Below, piece by piece: positions 12,381-25,055 of a DNA stretch of 41,626 nucleotides (position 1 is its first letter; each line of letters starts with the position of its first letter). The stretch lies in assembly GCF_006345805.1 (NCBI RefSeq), contig NW_021835224.1, positions 1 through 41,626 of the forward strand, given 5' to 3'. Source of the DNA: Octopus sinensis. Taxonomy: Eukaryota. A model generated the notes under the pieces. It saw only the letters and a list, made by a program, of their open reading frames with translations, was not told the DNA's origin and did no database searches. The position numbers and the translations under genes were made by a program.

Positions 12381-12544
12381 TATCCTCTAAATATAGCAAC
12401 GAAGCATTATTGGATATAACTTAACCATGTCAAATCACCGAAAACCCATTTTTTCATCTTCAGTCTCATTATTCTGGTTTGAGAAGATCCGTCAAACCAA
12501 GTGTACCCATTCGAATGGCATGTAAAGAACACCTTTCGAGTGTG

Positions 12545-13200
12545 GAAGCACATGGCCTGGTGGTTAGAGCAGCGGACTTGTAGTCGAGGGATCGCGGATT
12601 CGAATCTCAGACCGGACGATGTGTGTGTTTATGAGCAAAACACCTAAGCTCCACGCGGCTCCAGCAGAAGGTAATGGCGAACTTCTACTGACTCTTTCAC
12701 CACAACATTCTCTCACTCTTTCTTGAGGAGGTACATGGCTTAGTGGTTAGAGCAGTGAACTTGCAGTCGAGGGATTGTGGGTTCGAATCTCAGACTGGAC
12801 GATGTGTGTGTTTATGAGCAAAACACCTAAGCTACACACGGCTCTGGCAGAAGGTAATGGTGAACTTCTACTGACTCTTTCACCACAACATTCTCTCACT
12901 CTTTCTTGAGGAGGTACATGGCTTAGTGGTTAGAGCAGTGAACTTGCAGTCGAGGGATTGTGGGTTCGAATCTCAGACCGGGTGATGTGTGTGTTTATGA
13001 GCAAAACACCTAAGCTACACACGGCTCTGGCAGAAGGTAATGGCAACACTTCTGCTGACTCTTTCGCCACAACTTTCTCTCACTCTTTCCTTCTGCATCT
13101 TCCAGCTCACCTGCGACGGACCGGCGTCCCGTCCAGGTGGGGAACCTATACGCCAAGGAAACCTTATGAGGCCGGCATAGCTCGAGAAGGAAGAAACAAC
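12545..13200 (+). mobile_element. tRNA-derived SINE (family C): triplicated 5' half plus one 3' half
   Basis: Three ~182-bp copies of a tRNA-like head (tggcttagtggttagagc...gggttcgaatctc) and body. Only the third continues to a 3' part ending ...gaagaaacaac. Confidence 0.75.
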
Positions 13201-13522
13201 ACCTTTCGAGCGTTGGGTCTCACGGAGGCAAAGTGGCTGAGTTCCTTTCAAGAGTTGGGCCTCGCGGAGGCAATGACAAAGACCTTTGACATTATTTTGT
13301 TCTGGAGAAGGAGACCCATCAAGCTGAGAAAAATAGCAGTCTTGGCAGACACCGGTGTCACACAAACGGCACTCTGGTGTCATGCAAATGCAAGGTACTC
13401 TGGTGTCATGCAAATGGTACGTAAAAGTACCACTCTCGGAGTGGTTGGCATTAGGAAGGGCATCGAACTGTAGAAAACCATGCCAAACCAGACTGGAATC
13501 TGGTGCAGCCTTCCAGCTTGCC

Positions 13523-14701
13523 TATTTCTTTACTACCCACAAGGGGTTAAACATAGAGGGGACAAACAAGGACAGACATAGGTATTAAGTCGATTACATC
13601 GACCCCAGTGTGTAACTGGTACTTATTTAATCGACCCCAGTGTGTAACTGGTACTTATTTAATCGACCTCGAAATGAAGAAAGGTAAAGTCGACCTCGGC
13701 GGAATTTGAACTCAGAACGTAACGACAGACGAAATACCTATTTCTTTACTACCCACAAGGAGCCAAACACAGAAGGGACAAACAAGGACAGACAAATGGA
13801 TTCAGTCGATTAGATCGACCCCAGTGTGTAACTGGTACTCAATTTATCGATCCTGAAAGGATGAAAGGTAAAGTCGACCTCGGCGGAATTTGAACTCAGA
13901 ACGTAACGGCAGACGAAATACCTATTTCTTTATTACCCACAAGGGGATAAACACAAAGGGGACAAATAAGGACAGTCACAGGTATTAAGTCAATTACATC
14001 GACCCCAGTGTGTAACTGGTACTTAATTTATCGATCCCGAAAAGATGAAAGGTAAAGTCGACCTCGGCGGAATTTGAACTCAGAACGCAATGGCAGATGA
14101 AATACGTATTTCTTTACTACCCACAAGGGGCTAAACACAGACGGGACAAACAAGGACAGACATAGGTATTAAGTCGATTACATCCACCCCAGTGCATAAC
14201 TGGTACTTAATTTATCGATCCTGAAAGGATGAAAGGCAAAGTCGACCTTGGAGGAATTTCAACTCAGAACGTAGCGGCAGACGAAATACCTATTTCTTTG
14301 CTACCCACAAGGGGCTAAACACAGAGGGGACAAACAAGGACAGACATAGGTATTAAGTCGATTACATTGACCCCAGTGCGTAACTGGTACTTAATTTATC
14401 GACCCCGAAAGGATGATAGGCAAAGTCGACCTGGGCAGAATTTGAACTCAGAACGTAACGGCAGACGAAATACCTATTTCTTTGCTACCCACAAGGGGCT
14501 AAACACAGAGGGGACAAACAAGGACAGACATAGGTATTAAGTCGATTACATGGACCCCAGTGCATAACTGGTACTTAATTTATCGACCCCGAAAGGATGA
14601 TAGGCAAAGTCGACCTCGGCAGAATTTGAACTCAGAACGTAGCAGCATACGAAATACCGCTAAGCATTTTGCCCAGCGTGCTAACGCTTCTGCCAGCTCG
14701 C
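13523..14701 (-). repeat. Tandem array of SINE family B: one head plus 6 body units of ~184 bp, nested in an RTE tail
   Basis: Units start near 13523, 13739, 13923, 14107, 14291 and 14475. RTE tail halves flank the array (13420-13521 and 14702-14755). Confidence 0.85.
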
Positions 14702-14969
14702 TGTCCAACCCATGTCAGCATGGACAACAGACGTTAAATGATGACGACGATGATGTACAACCGATGCCAGCTATAATGTCTCTACAAAATCTGTCAAGGT
14801 AGCCATAAGTTTGTCAGGTGTTTCATTTAACAATGATGTGGAAAATGTGGCTTTATGGATTCTTTGAGTCAGGAGTCAGTGATTCCAGGGCATTGACAGG
14901 TAATTGGAATGGGGGCAAGAATTCGCAAACAATGAAGAATACATCACTGATGGAAAATAAGAATCAAAG

Positions 14970-15351
14970 GCTATCTGTCTGTCTGTCTTCGTATTTGCAT
15001 ATCAGTCTAATCTATTTTATCTATCTGTCTGTCTGTCCATCTAACTATCTATCTATCCATCTATATATGTATGTCTCTCTCTCTCTCTCTCCCTCTTTAT
15101 CCATCGATCTATCTACCCTTTTATGCCTCTCTCTCTCGCTCTCTCTCTCTCGCTTTCTCTCTCTCTCTCTTTATCTTGCTTTCTCTCTCTCTCTTACTAC
15201 CTATCTGTCCATTTGTCCATCTGTCCATTTGTCCATCTGTCCATTTGTCTATCTGTCTATTTATCTATCAATCCATCCATCCGTCTGTCTATCTATCTAT
15301 CTATCAGTGTGTCTGTCTGTCTGTCTGTCTATCTCTCTCTCTCTCTGTCTC

Positions 15352-15402
<51 letters not shown>

Positions 15403-15999
15403 GTCTATCAGTGTGTCTGTCTGTGTGTTTGTCTATCTGTCTGTCTATCTATCTATCTATCTATCTATCTGTCTATCAGTGTGTCTGTCTGTGTGTTTGT
15501 CTATCTGTCTGTCTATCTATCTATCTATCTATCTATCTGTCTATTTATATATCTATCTACCTATCTATCTATATGTCTACCGAGGTTACCGTGGTCTTTT
15601 TCGTAGGCTTTTCTTCCCACGGATAAACCTTACTTGCTTTCCCCTTTACACCGTACATCATGACACTGATACACGATCCCTATTGATCGTTTTTTTATCG
15701 TCTTCCCCTTTTTTCCTCTTTTTTCTTTTTCTTTTCTTTTCTTTTCTTTTCCTTTTTTCCCTTTTACGATCCCTTGTGATCGAAAACCTATGCTATCCCC
15801 CCAAAAGAAAAGCTCTACCTTGTAATTTGTCCCATCTGTGTGCAGCCCTGTGTGGCCAATAAAGAAACTTATCTGTCTGTCTATCTATCTGTCTATCTAT
15901 CTATCTATCAGTGTGTGTCTGTCTATCTATCTATCTATCTATCTATTTATCTATCTCTCTCTCTATATATATATATCTATCTCTCTCTATATATATATA

Positions 16000-16063
<64 letters not shown>

Positions 16064-16120
16064 AGTGTGTCTGTCTGTGTGTATGCCTGTGCATCTGTCT
16101 GTGCGTCTGCCTGTCTATCC
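14970..16120. repeat. (TCTA/TCTG)n and (CT)n microsatellites
   Basis: Directly visible simple repeats. Confidence 0.95.
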
Positions 16121-16614
16121 ATCCACCAAACCCCACCAGATGTTTCCCTAAAGGTGATGCCGTATCTGTGTTTGCATTAGCCTTTGTGAAGATCAAAAGA
16201 GACAGAAACAGCGTGGTGCCGCACCCATTCCACCCCCCACCCCCCCACCGTGCCACCCACGCTCCACCTTGCACCACTCCATGCTTACCCTGTGCCACCC
16301 TCCGTCGCTACACGACATTCTCTATGGCATCATTCTTCTGTCTCAGCCTCCTGCTATTTACATGCCTACCCGAAACCGGGTGGCAGTTGTTGTGATAATG
16401 CTCTCAGTGGTATTGGTGGTGGTGGTGATGGTCGTGGCGGGTGGGTTTTCGATTATTAGGGTGAGTGATGTGAGCAGTGGTAGAGGTGGTGCTGGTGCTG
16501 GTGGAGGAGAAGGGACAGATATTGAGAAGAAGAAACAAGGGCATGCCCCCTCCCCTCAGATTTCTCGAAGACACCCCAATACTCTGATGCATACGTGTGT
16601 GATTCATTGCACCT

Positions 16615-17130
16615 TTGCCACCACCACTACCACCACCACTACCACTGTCACCACCACCATCACCTCCACTACCACCATCACCATCACCTCCACCACCACC
16701 ATCACCACCACCACCATCACCTCCACCACCACCATCACCACCACCACCATCACCTCCAACACCACCACCACCATCACCACCACCACCATCACCTACACCA
16801 CCACCACCACCATCACTAACACCACCCAACCACCATCACTACCACCACCATCACCACCACCACCATCATCACCACCACCACCACCACCATCATCACTACC
16901 ACCACCATCACTACCACCACCATCACCACCACCACCATCATCACCACCACCACCATCACCATCATCACTACCACCACCACCACCACCATCACTTACACCA
17001 CCACCATCATTTACACCACCACCATCACCATCATCACTACCACCACCACCATCACCTTCACCACCACCACCACCACCACCACCATCATTACTACCACCAC
17101 CACCATCACCCCTACCATCTCCACCACAAC
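16615..17130. repeat. (ACC/ATC)n trinucleotide tract
   Basis: Directly visible; produces poly-T/P/H pseudo-ORFs. Confidence 0.95.
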
Positions 17131-17483
17131 TGCCAGAAACAACGACCACACGACTATCACATTATGTGGCAACGCAACCATTTAGAAAGAGCAGCCAAAT
17201 ATCTCTCAAATTCTTAAAGAAGGACACTTTTCAGTGTTACTCAACCAATTCTTTTATCTTTTGAATCGTATTTCACTCAAATTGACCCCTAAAACCATTT
17301 CTGTTCAAAAAACCCTTTCTTATTCTTATAATCAAATATTTTCAGGGATTTTATAAAAAGTTCGTTAAAACGTGTTGGTGTCTCATAGAAATATAACGAA
17401 TTAATTCCACATAAATTTTGGTAATAGAATCTCATATGCAGCTCCAGGGGTCATTTGAACCCTAATTGAGAACCACCAATTTA

Positions 17484-17722
17484 GATAAAGATGGGATGGT
17501 CACAGCTGGAATGTCTTTGATCATGGGTCTGCCTGGATCAGGACTGACCTGGGGCTAAGCAACACAACTATAGCCACTAATACTAACTACTATACTATAC
17601 ATTAGATACTGTAGTCCTAGATACACTATGCCTGAATAAAAGACGGGATGGTCACAGCTGGAACGTCTTTGATCATAGGTCTGTCTGCTGGATCAGGACT
17701 GACCCGGGGCTAAACAACAACA
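17484..17722 (-). repeat. About 1.5 copies of the ~156-bp unit of the 28.6-29.5 kb array, inverted
   Basis: gggatggtcacagctggaa...ggactgacctggggctaa and the spacer tagccactaatactaactactatactatac are the reverse complement of the 28606-29481 units. Confidence 0.85.
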
Positions 17723-18090
17723 GCCATCTTTATCCCCATGACCACCACCACCAAGAGCTTCTACTCAGCTTAACGATCTACCCAAGTACCTACACACCGA
17801 CCTCCCCATTTACCTGGCACCCTCACCGCACCACCCTCCAAGACAACAGAGTTGTTGATCTGGATGGTAGCAACATCCACCCGAGAGTACAGTGTTGTGG
17901 GTGTGCAGCACAACAAACAAATGGCTGTTTTGCTATTTAAGGTGTCATTCCACGAATACCTGAGGCGGGGGGGGGGTCTGAGATTCACACATCTCAAACA
18001 ATTACAAATGTCTGTCTACATTGTTATATATATATATATATACACATCGATGTACATACATGTAGGTATGTGTGTATATGTATATATATA

Positions 18091-18137
<47 letters not shown>

Positions 18138-18236
18138 ATATATGTGTGTGTGTATATGTGTGTGTGTGTGTATATGTGTGTGTATATACATATATATATG
18201 TGTGTGTGTATATATATATATGTGTGTGTATATATA

Positions 18237-18267
<31 letters not shown>

Positions 18268-18375
18268 GTGTGTGTGTGTGCATAAGACCAGTTCATGTAT
18301 GTGTTGGAGATATTTTAACTTGTAAAGGTTCAAATATGTGTACATATAAATGCGACATATATATATATAATATAT

Positions 18376-18413
<38 letters not shown>

Positions 18414-18472
18414 GCGGTGGTGCCCCAGCATGGCCACGGCCTTCGGGCTAAAACATTTTTAAGGATTTAAGG

Positions 18473-18504
<32 letters not shown>

Positions 18505-18539
18505 AGCATATATATGTCTATAACATATATATATATAAC

Positions 18540-18600
<61 letters not shown>

Positions 18601-19280
18601 GCACATTATATATGTCGCATTTATATGTACACATATTTGAACCTTTACAAGTTAAAATATCTCCAAAACATACATGAACTGGTCTTATGCACACACACAC
18701 ACACACATATATATATATACGCACACACACATATATATACACACACACACAGTCGGCTGGACTGGGGCAACATGAAATAAAAGTGTTTTGCGGAAGAATA
18801 CAACGCACTGCCTGCTCCAGGAATCGAAACCCTGCTCTTGTGATTACAACGTCCGCAGGAATGGAACGCCAGTCTGTCACAAGATTTCTCCGTTTTGTCA
18901 GCTGAACGGACGGGAGTAACGCGAAATGAAGTGATTTGCTCAAGAACAAAATTCACTACCCAGTCCAGGAATGGAAACCCCAAACTTATGATTACCGGAC
19001 TCCCCTTGAATAAGATGCTAGGCCTTCAGAGGGTTAATTTTTCAGGGCAAAGTAAAATGAAGTGCTTTGCCCTGTCCAGGAATCGAAACCGTGGTCTTGT
19101 GATAACAACGCTCTCTCCTTAAGGTGGAAGGTTCGTCCGTCGCAGTGACGTCTCCCCAGGTATTGCTTGGACTCATAGCTAAAAATAGGGGCCAAGAAAA
19201 TCAGGAAAATATGAAATAATTTGGGAAAGGAAACGAATAAAGGGCAAAAAGGGGTTTTTATAAAATAATTTTGAAGAATA

Positions 19281-19690
19281 GGCGCAGGAGTGGCTGTGTG
19301 GTAAGTAGCTTGCTAACCAACCACATGGTTCCGGGTTCAGTCCCACTGCGTGGCATCTTGGGCAAGTGTCTTCTGCTATAGCCTCGGGCCGACCAATGCC
19401 TTGTGAGTGGATTTGGTAGACGGAAACTGAAAGAAGCCTGCCGTATATATGTATATATATATATATATAAGTGTGTGTGTATATGTTTGTGTGTCTGTGT
19501 TTGTCCCCCTAGCATTGCTTGACAACCGATGTTGGTGTGTATATGTCCCCGTCACTTAGCGGTTCGGCAAAAGAGACCGATAGAATAAGTACTGGGCTTA
19601 CAAAGAATTAAGTTCCGGGGTCGATTTGCCCGACTAAAGGCGATGCTCCAGCATGGCCGCAGTCAAATGACTGAAACAAGTAAAAGAGTA
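19281..19690 (+). mobile_element. tRNA-derived SINE (family A), full length
   Basis: ggcgcaggagtggctgtgtggtaag through ...gactgaaacaagtaaaagagtaa. Confidence 0.85.
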
Positions 19691-19939
19691 ATGAATAAAA
19701 TAGTCAAAATTTATGATCAAAGGGAGATAACTGGTAAGTTCACCATGCAAGGGAGGTAAATGTGCAAAGAATGGATGTCGACTTTGGTGCGTGGCTCAGG
19801 GGATTAGAGCGTCGGGTTCATAATCAAGAGGTAATGAGTTCGATTCTCGGGTGTGTTGTGTCCTTGAGAAAAACTTTATTTCACATACGCACACACACAT
19901 ATATATTTACGACGGCTTCCTTCAGAATCTAGTTGGCCC

Positions 19940-21156
19940 ATGGCTATAGTAGAAGACACTTGCTCAAGGTGCCTTGCAATGGGACCGAACCCGGAACCAT
20001 GTGATTGTGGGGCAAGCTTCTTACCACAGAACCAAGCCTGCTCCCATGCACGGCTTCTTTCGGTTTCCGTCTGCCAAGTCCTCGGCCAGTCCGAAGCTAT
20101 TTCATTAGAAAACTTACCGAAGGTGCCGCACAGCGGTATTGAACGCGGAACCGTGTAGTTCGGAAGCGAACACCTTACCACACAGCCACAATCGTCCTTT
20201 GTGTGTGTGTGTGTGTGAATCTGGTTCAAGGGAGACAACTTACAAGGGAGGTAACTGTGTAAATCACGGAACGAATTCTGTCGATCATGGTCAGAATCTC
20301 GGTAACTGATGTCGCTAAAAAAGAAAACTTTTTCTAATTAAAAAACAAACAAAACGATTTTTTTTAAAGAAAATTTTATTTTTATTGACGGAAATAGAAG
20401 AGTAGAGATGGTCATATTTGGAGAGGTGGCAACAATCGTTGAGCGGCTGGACTGTAGACGAAACTTTCATTACAAGATCATGCTGGTGGGCGTGGGGTGG
20501 GGGGTGCCCAATGGACCCCAGAGCCAGCACTGGTTGCCATGGTATCGCCTGTTGCACCGTAGCGGTGGACAGTGACCCCAATGGCACCCAGCACCGCCAC
20601 GAACACTAACTCAACCAACACCAGCACCACTCACATCACCAGGAGCACTAGCACCGTGGCTATAGTAGAAGACACTTGCTCAAGGTGCCACGCAGTGGGA
20701 CTGAACCCGGAACCATGTGGTTGGTAAACAATCTTCTTATCACAAAACCAAAGCAGAGCCTATGCACGGCTCCTTTCGGTCTACGTCTACCAAATCCTCG
20801 GTCAGTCCGAGGCTATTTTATTAGAGAACTTACCCAAGGTGCCGCACACTAGTATTGAACGTGGGACCGTGTAGTTCGGAAGCAAGCTAATTACCACATA
20901 GCCACAATCTGGTTCAAGGGAGACAACTAGGAAGGGAGGTAACTGTGCAAATCTCGGAACGAATTCTGTCGATCATGGTCAGAATCTCGGTAACTGATGT
21001 CGCTAAAGAAGAAAACTTCTTTCAAAATAAAAAACAAACAAAACGATTTTTTTTAAAGAAAATTTTATATTTATTAACGGAAAAGGATGAGTAGAGATGG
21101 TCATATTTGGAGAGGTGACAGCAATCGTAGAACGGCTGGACTGTAGACGAAACTTC
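19940..21156. repeat. Diverged direct duplication (~19940-20468 and ~20657-21156) containing SINE A head fragments
   Basis: Shared blocks such as ggaacgaattctgtcgatcatggtcagaatctcggtaactgatgtcgctaaa and gagtagagatggtcatatttggagaggtg. Confidence 0.85.
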
Positions 21157-21374
21157 GATTCGGGTGGATTGATTCGAAATTTTATGCTTTATTCTATTTC
21201 AGGCATTAGACTGCGGCCAGGCTGGAGTACCGACTCGATGAATTTTAGTCGAATTTATCGATCCAGGATTTATTTTACTTTTCTTTTGGCTCTGATCAAA
21301 TTTCCAATGAGTTAACTTTGCATCCCTTGACAACAGTGTAAACCTTCGTTTGACTAAGGTATATTCGGCCAACG

Positions 21375-21640
21375 GTACAGAAGCCAGTCAAGGCGGCACT
21401 GGCATTGGCCACGTTCGGATGGTGATTTTTACGTGCCTCCGGAACAGGGGCCAGGCGAGGCTGGCATCGGCCACAATTGGATTGGAGCTTTTTACGTGCC
21501 ACCGAAACAGACGCCAGTGAAGGCGGAGCTGGCATTGGCCACGTTCGGATGCTGCTTTTTACATGCCACCGGCACAGTGGCTAGGCGAGACTGTCATCGC
21601 CCACGTTCGGATGGTGCTTTTTATGTGCCAACGGCACAGG
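21375..21640 (-). repeat. About 4 diverged copies of the 67-bp RTE-tail unit
   Basis: Repeated ggccacgttcggatggtg...ttttacgtgcc. Confidence 0.8.
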
Positions 21641-21732
21641 GATCACAACTACAATTTCCATTTAATTTTTCTACACTAATAAACCATTATTGTTCCTCAA
21701 AGTTTTATGTAATATATCTTCTGATAGAAGCA

Positions 21733-22027
21733 CTCTGTCGGTTACGACGACGAAGGTTCCAGTTGATCCGATCAACGGAACAGCCTGCTCATGAAATTAA
21801 CGTATAAGTGGCTGAGCACTCCACAGACACGTGTACCCTTAACGTAGTTCTCGGGGATATTCAGCGTGACACAGAGAGTGACAAGGCCGGCCCTTTGAAA
21901 TACAGGTACAACAGAAACAGGAAGTAAGAGTGAGAGAAAGTTGTGGTGAAAGAGTACAGCAGGGATCACCACCATCCCCTGCTGGAGCCTCGTGGAGCTT
22001 TAGGTGTTTTCGCTTAAGAAACACTCA
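21733..22027 (-). mobile_element. 5'-truncated SINE related to family C
   Basis: The minus strand reads gcgaaaacacctaaagctccacgaggctccagcag...tctttcaccacaactttctctcactctt, matching the body at 12630-12720, but with a different 3' part. Confidence 0.65.
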
Positions 22028-22873
22028 CGTAAAAAGCACCATCCGAACGTGGCCGATGCCAGCACTGCCTTGACTGGCTTCTTTGCCGGTGGCATATAAA
22101 AAGCACCATCCGAACGTGGCTGATGCCAGTGCCGCCTCGACTGGCTTCTGTGCCGGTGGCATATAAAAAGCCCCATCCGAACGTGGCTGATGCCAGTGCT
22201 GCCTCAACTGGCTTCTGTGCCGGTGGCATATAAAAAGCACCATCCGAACGTGGCTGATGCCAGTGCCGCCTCGACTGGCTTCTGTGCCGGTGGCACGTAA
22301 AAAGCACCATCCGAACGTGGCCGATGCCAGCACTGCCTTGACTGGCTTCTTTGCCGGTGGCATATAAAAAGCACCATCCGAACGTGGCTGATGCCAGTGC
22401 CGCCTCGACTGGCTTCTGTGCCGGTGGCACGTAAAAAGCACCATCCGAACGTGGCCGATGCCAGCACTGCCTTGACTGGCTTCTTTGCCGGTGGCATATA
22501 AAAAGCACCATCCGAACGTGGCTGATGCCAGTGCCGCCTCGACTGGCTTCTGTGCCGGTGGCACGTAAAAAGCACCAACCGATCGTGGCTGATGCCAGAC
22601 TCCCCTTGCACCTGTGCCGGTGGCACGTAAAAAGCACCAACCGATCGTGGACACTGCCAGACGCTCCTGGCACCTGTGCCAGTGGCATGTAAAAAGCACC
22701 CACTACACTCACGGAGTGGTTGGTGTTAGGAAGGGCATCCAGCTGTAGAAACACTGCCAGATCAGACTGGAGCCTGGTGCAGCCTCCTGGCTTCCCAGAT
22801 TCCGGTCGAACCGTCCAACCCATGCTAGCATGGAAAACGGACGTTAAACGATGATGATGATGATGGTGATGAT
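22025..22873 (+). mobile_element. RTE-type 3' tail module with about 10 tandem 67-bp units and (GAT)n tail
   Basis: aaaaagc(a/c)cc recurs at 22031, 22098, 22165, 22232, 22299, 22366, 22433, 22500, 22567, 22628 and 22691. The terminal part matches the LINE end at 38590-38768. Confidence 0.85.
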
Positions 22874-23225
22874 ATAAAGATACTGAAATTTTACAAATAA
22901 ATGGTAAAGCTGTAAATGGTGGTCAACCTGTGGTCCTCGAAGATTTTCTAGCTTACTAATTTCATACCGAGACCAATTAAATTTCATACTAAGACAAATA
23001 AATTGAAGAAGAACTGCAAAAAAATTCAGTGAAAATTCGGCAAGTAATATTTCATGCATCTGTGTTGTTTCATGTGGTCATCTTCCACTTGGAAACGGTA
23101 GGATGCGGCTCTCGGGGGATGAAAAGTTGCTTGTCCCTTCTGTAAAAGAAATGTCAGATGATTAAGGGAAGACTCAACGGAGAAACGATGCTGCTGGGAA
23201 GGAAGATGTTACTATTTACTATACT

Positions 23226-23528
23226 ACTTTTTTACTTGTTTCAGTCATTTGACTGCGGCCATGCTGGAGCACCACCTTTAGTCGAGCAGATCGACCCCGG
23301 GACTTATTCGTTTGTAAGCCCAGTACTTATTCTATCGATCTTTTTGCCGAACCGCTAACTTTACTCTTTTACTTGTTTCAGTCATTTGACTGCGGCCATG
23401 CTGGAGCACCGCCTTTTTTGGAAGCCCAGTACTTATTCTATCGGTCTCTTTTGCTGAACTGCTAAGTGACGGGGACGTAAACACACCAGCATCGGTTGTC
23501 AAGCAATGCTAGGGGGACAAACACAGAC

Positions 23529-23583
<55 letters not shown>

Positions 23584-23993
23584 TATTTCTTTACTACCCA
23601 CAAGGGGCTAAACACAGAGGAGACAAACAAGGACAGACAAAGGGATTAAGTCGATTACATCGACCCCAGTGCGTAACTGGTACTTAATTTATCGACCCCG
23701 GAAGGATGAAAGGCAAAGTCGACCTCGGCGGAATTTGAACTCGGAATGTACCGACAGACGAAATACGGCAACGCATTTCGCCTGGCGTGCTAATGTTTCT
23801 GCCAGCTCGCCGCCTTCAAATATATATACATATATACGACGGGCTTCTTTCAGTTTCCGTCTACCAAATCCACTCACAAGGCATTGGTTGGCCCGGAGCT
23901 ATAGCAGAAGACACTTGCCCAAGATGCCATGAAGTGGGACTGAACCTGGAACCATGTGGTTGGTTAGCAAGCTACTTACCACACAGCCACTCC
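23226..23993 (-). mobile_element. SINE family A with duplicated 3' part and a nested SINE B (23584-23816) in its internal (TA)n
   Basis: Reverse complement of the SINE A consensus. The SINE B sequence sits between two TA runs. Confidence 0.8.
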
Positions 23994-23999
23994 TGTTGG

Positions 24000-24400
24000 T
24001 AGAGGATGCTGGACGCGAACAAGGTTTATTAGAGCAACGACTAGGGAAGTAATTATGGAAAAGACAAAAGAATGATACGTTTTGGTGATGAGTAAAATCC
24101 GACAACCTCGTTGGCAGAAGAGGATCCATCATGGGAATTTGGTTCTGACGATGGCAGGGATTTCCAGAGAACAACTGTTTGGGGACAGAAGCTTTATGAA
24201 TGAAAGGAGTTATGATTGAGAGAAGACTCAACAGAGAAGTGATGTGTTTAGAATGAGAATCAAGTGATGGGTTTAAGGATTTTGGCAGAGGGCAGGAAAC
24301 CAGAGGGTCACCAGAGCAATGAGCATGGAAATACTTATAGAAAAGAGAGAACAAAGGATAAATTTTGATGATGAAACGAAGATACCAACCCAGAAGAAAG
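24000..24400 (-). pseudogene. Decayed CR1/L2/Jockey-group LINE ORF2 C-terminal fragment
   Basis: Minus-strand peptides LFSLFYKYFHAHCS and, in a shifted frame, TVVLWKSLP resemble the conserved LFYKY...LWNxLP C-terminus of these LINEs. Confidence 0.45.
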
Positions 24401-24464
24401 AAGAGGACTCTCCACGTTAACAACTCATTTGCTAATTAGAAGACGATGGCGGTGAGTATATATA

Positions 24465-25055
24465 GGCGCAGGAGTGGCTGTGTGGTAAGTAGCTTGCTTA
24501 CCAACCACATATGGTTCCGGGTTCAGTCCCACTGCGTGGCACCTTGGGCAAGTGTCTTCTGCTATAGCCCCAGGCGACCAAAGCCTTTTGAGTGGATTTG
24601 GTAGACGGAAACTGAAAGAAGCCTGTCGTATATATGTATGTATATATATATATATATATATATGCGTGTGTGTGTGTTTGTGTGTCTGTGTTTGTCCCCC
24701 TCGCATTGCTTGACAACTGATGCTGGTGTGTTTATGTCCCCCGTCACTTAGCGGTTCGGCAAAAGAGACCGATAGAATAAATACTAGGCTTACAAAGAAT
24801 AAGTCCTGGGGTCGATTTGCTCGACTAAAAGGTGGTGCTCCAGCATGGCTGCAGTCAAATGACTGAAACAAGTAAAGGAGTATATATTTACACACACATA
24901 TGTATATATATATATATATATATTAGCGGTTCGGCAAAAGAGACCGATAGAATAAGTACTGGGCTTACAAAGAATAAGTCCCGGGGTCGAGTTGCTCGAC
25001 TAAAGGCTGTGCTCCAGCATGGTCGCAGTCAAATGACTGAAACAAGTAAAAGAGT
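24465..25055 (+). mobile_element. SINE family A, full length plus a duplicated 3' third (24923-25055)
   Basis: Consensus match; ttagcggttcggcaaaagagaccg...aacaagtaaa occurs twice. Confidence 0.85.

Noticed and set aside
12545-12980. tRNA genes
   Set aside because: The heads continue into SINE bodies and lack a clean cloverleaf and terminator, so they were treated as SINEs.
22025-22700. CRISPR-like regular repeat
   Set aside because: Units are contiguous without unique spacers, the context is eukaryotic and there are no cas genes.
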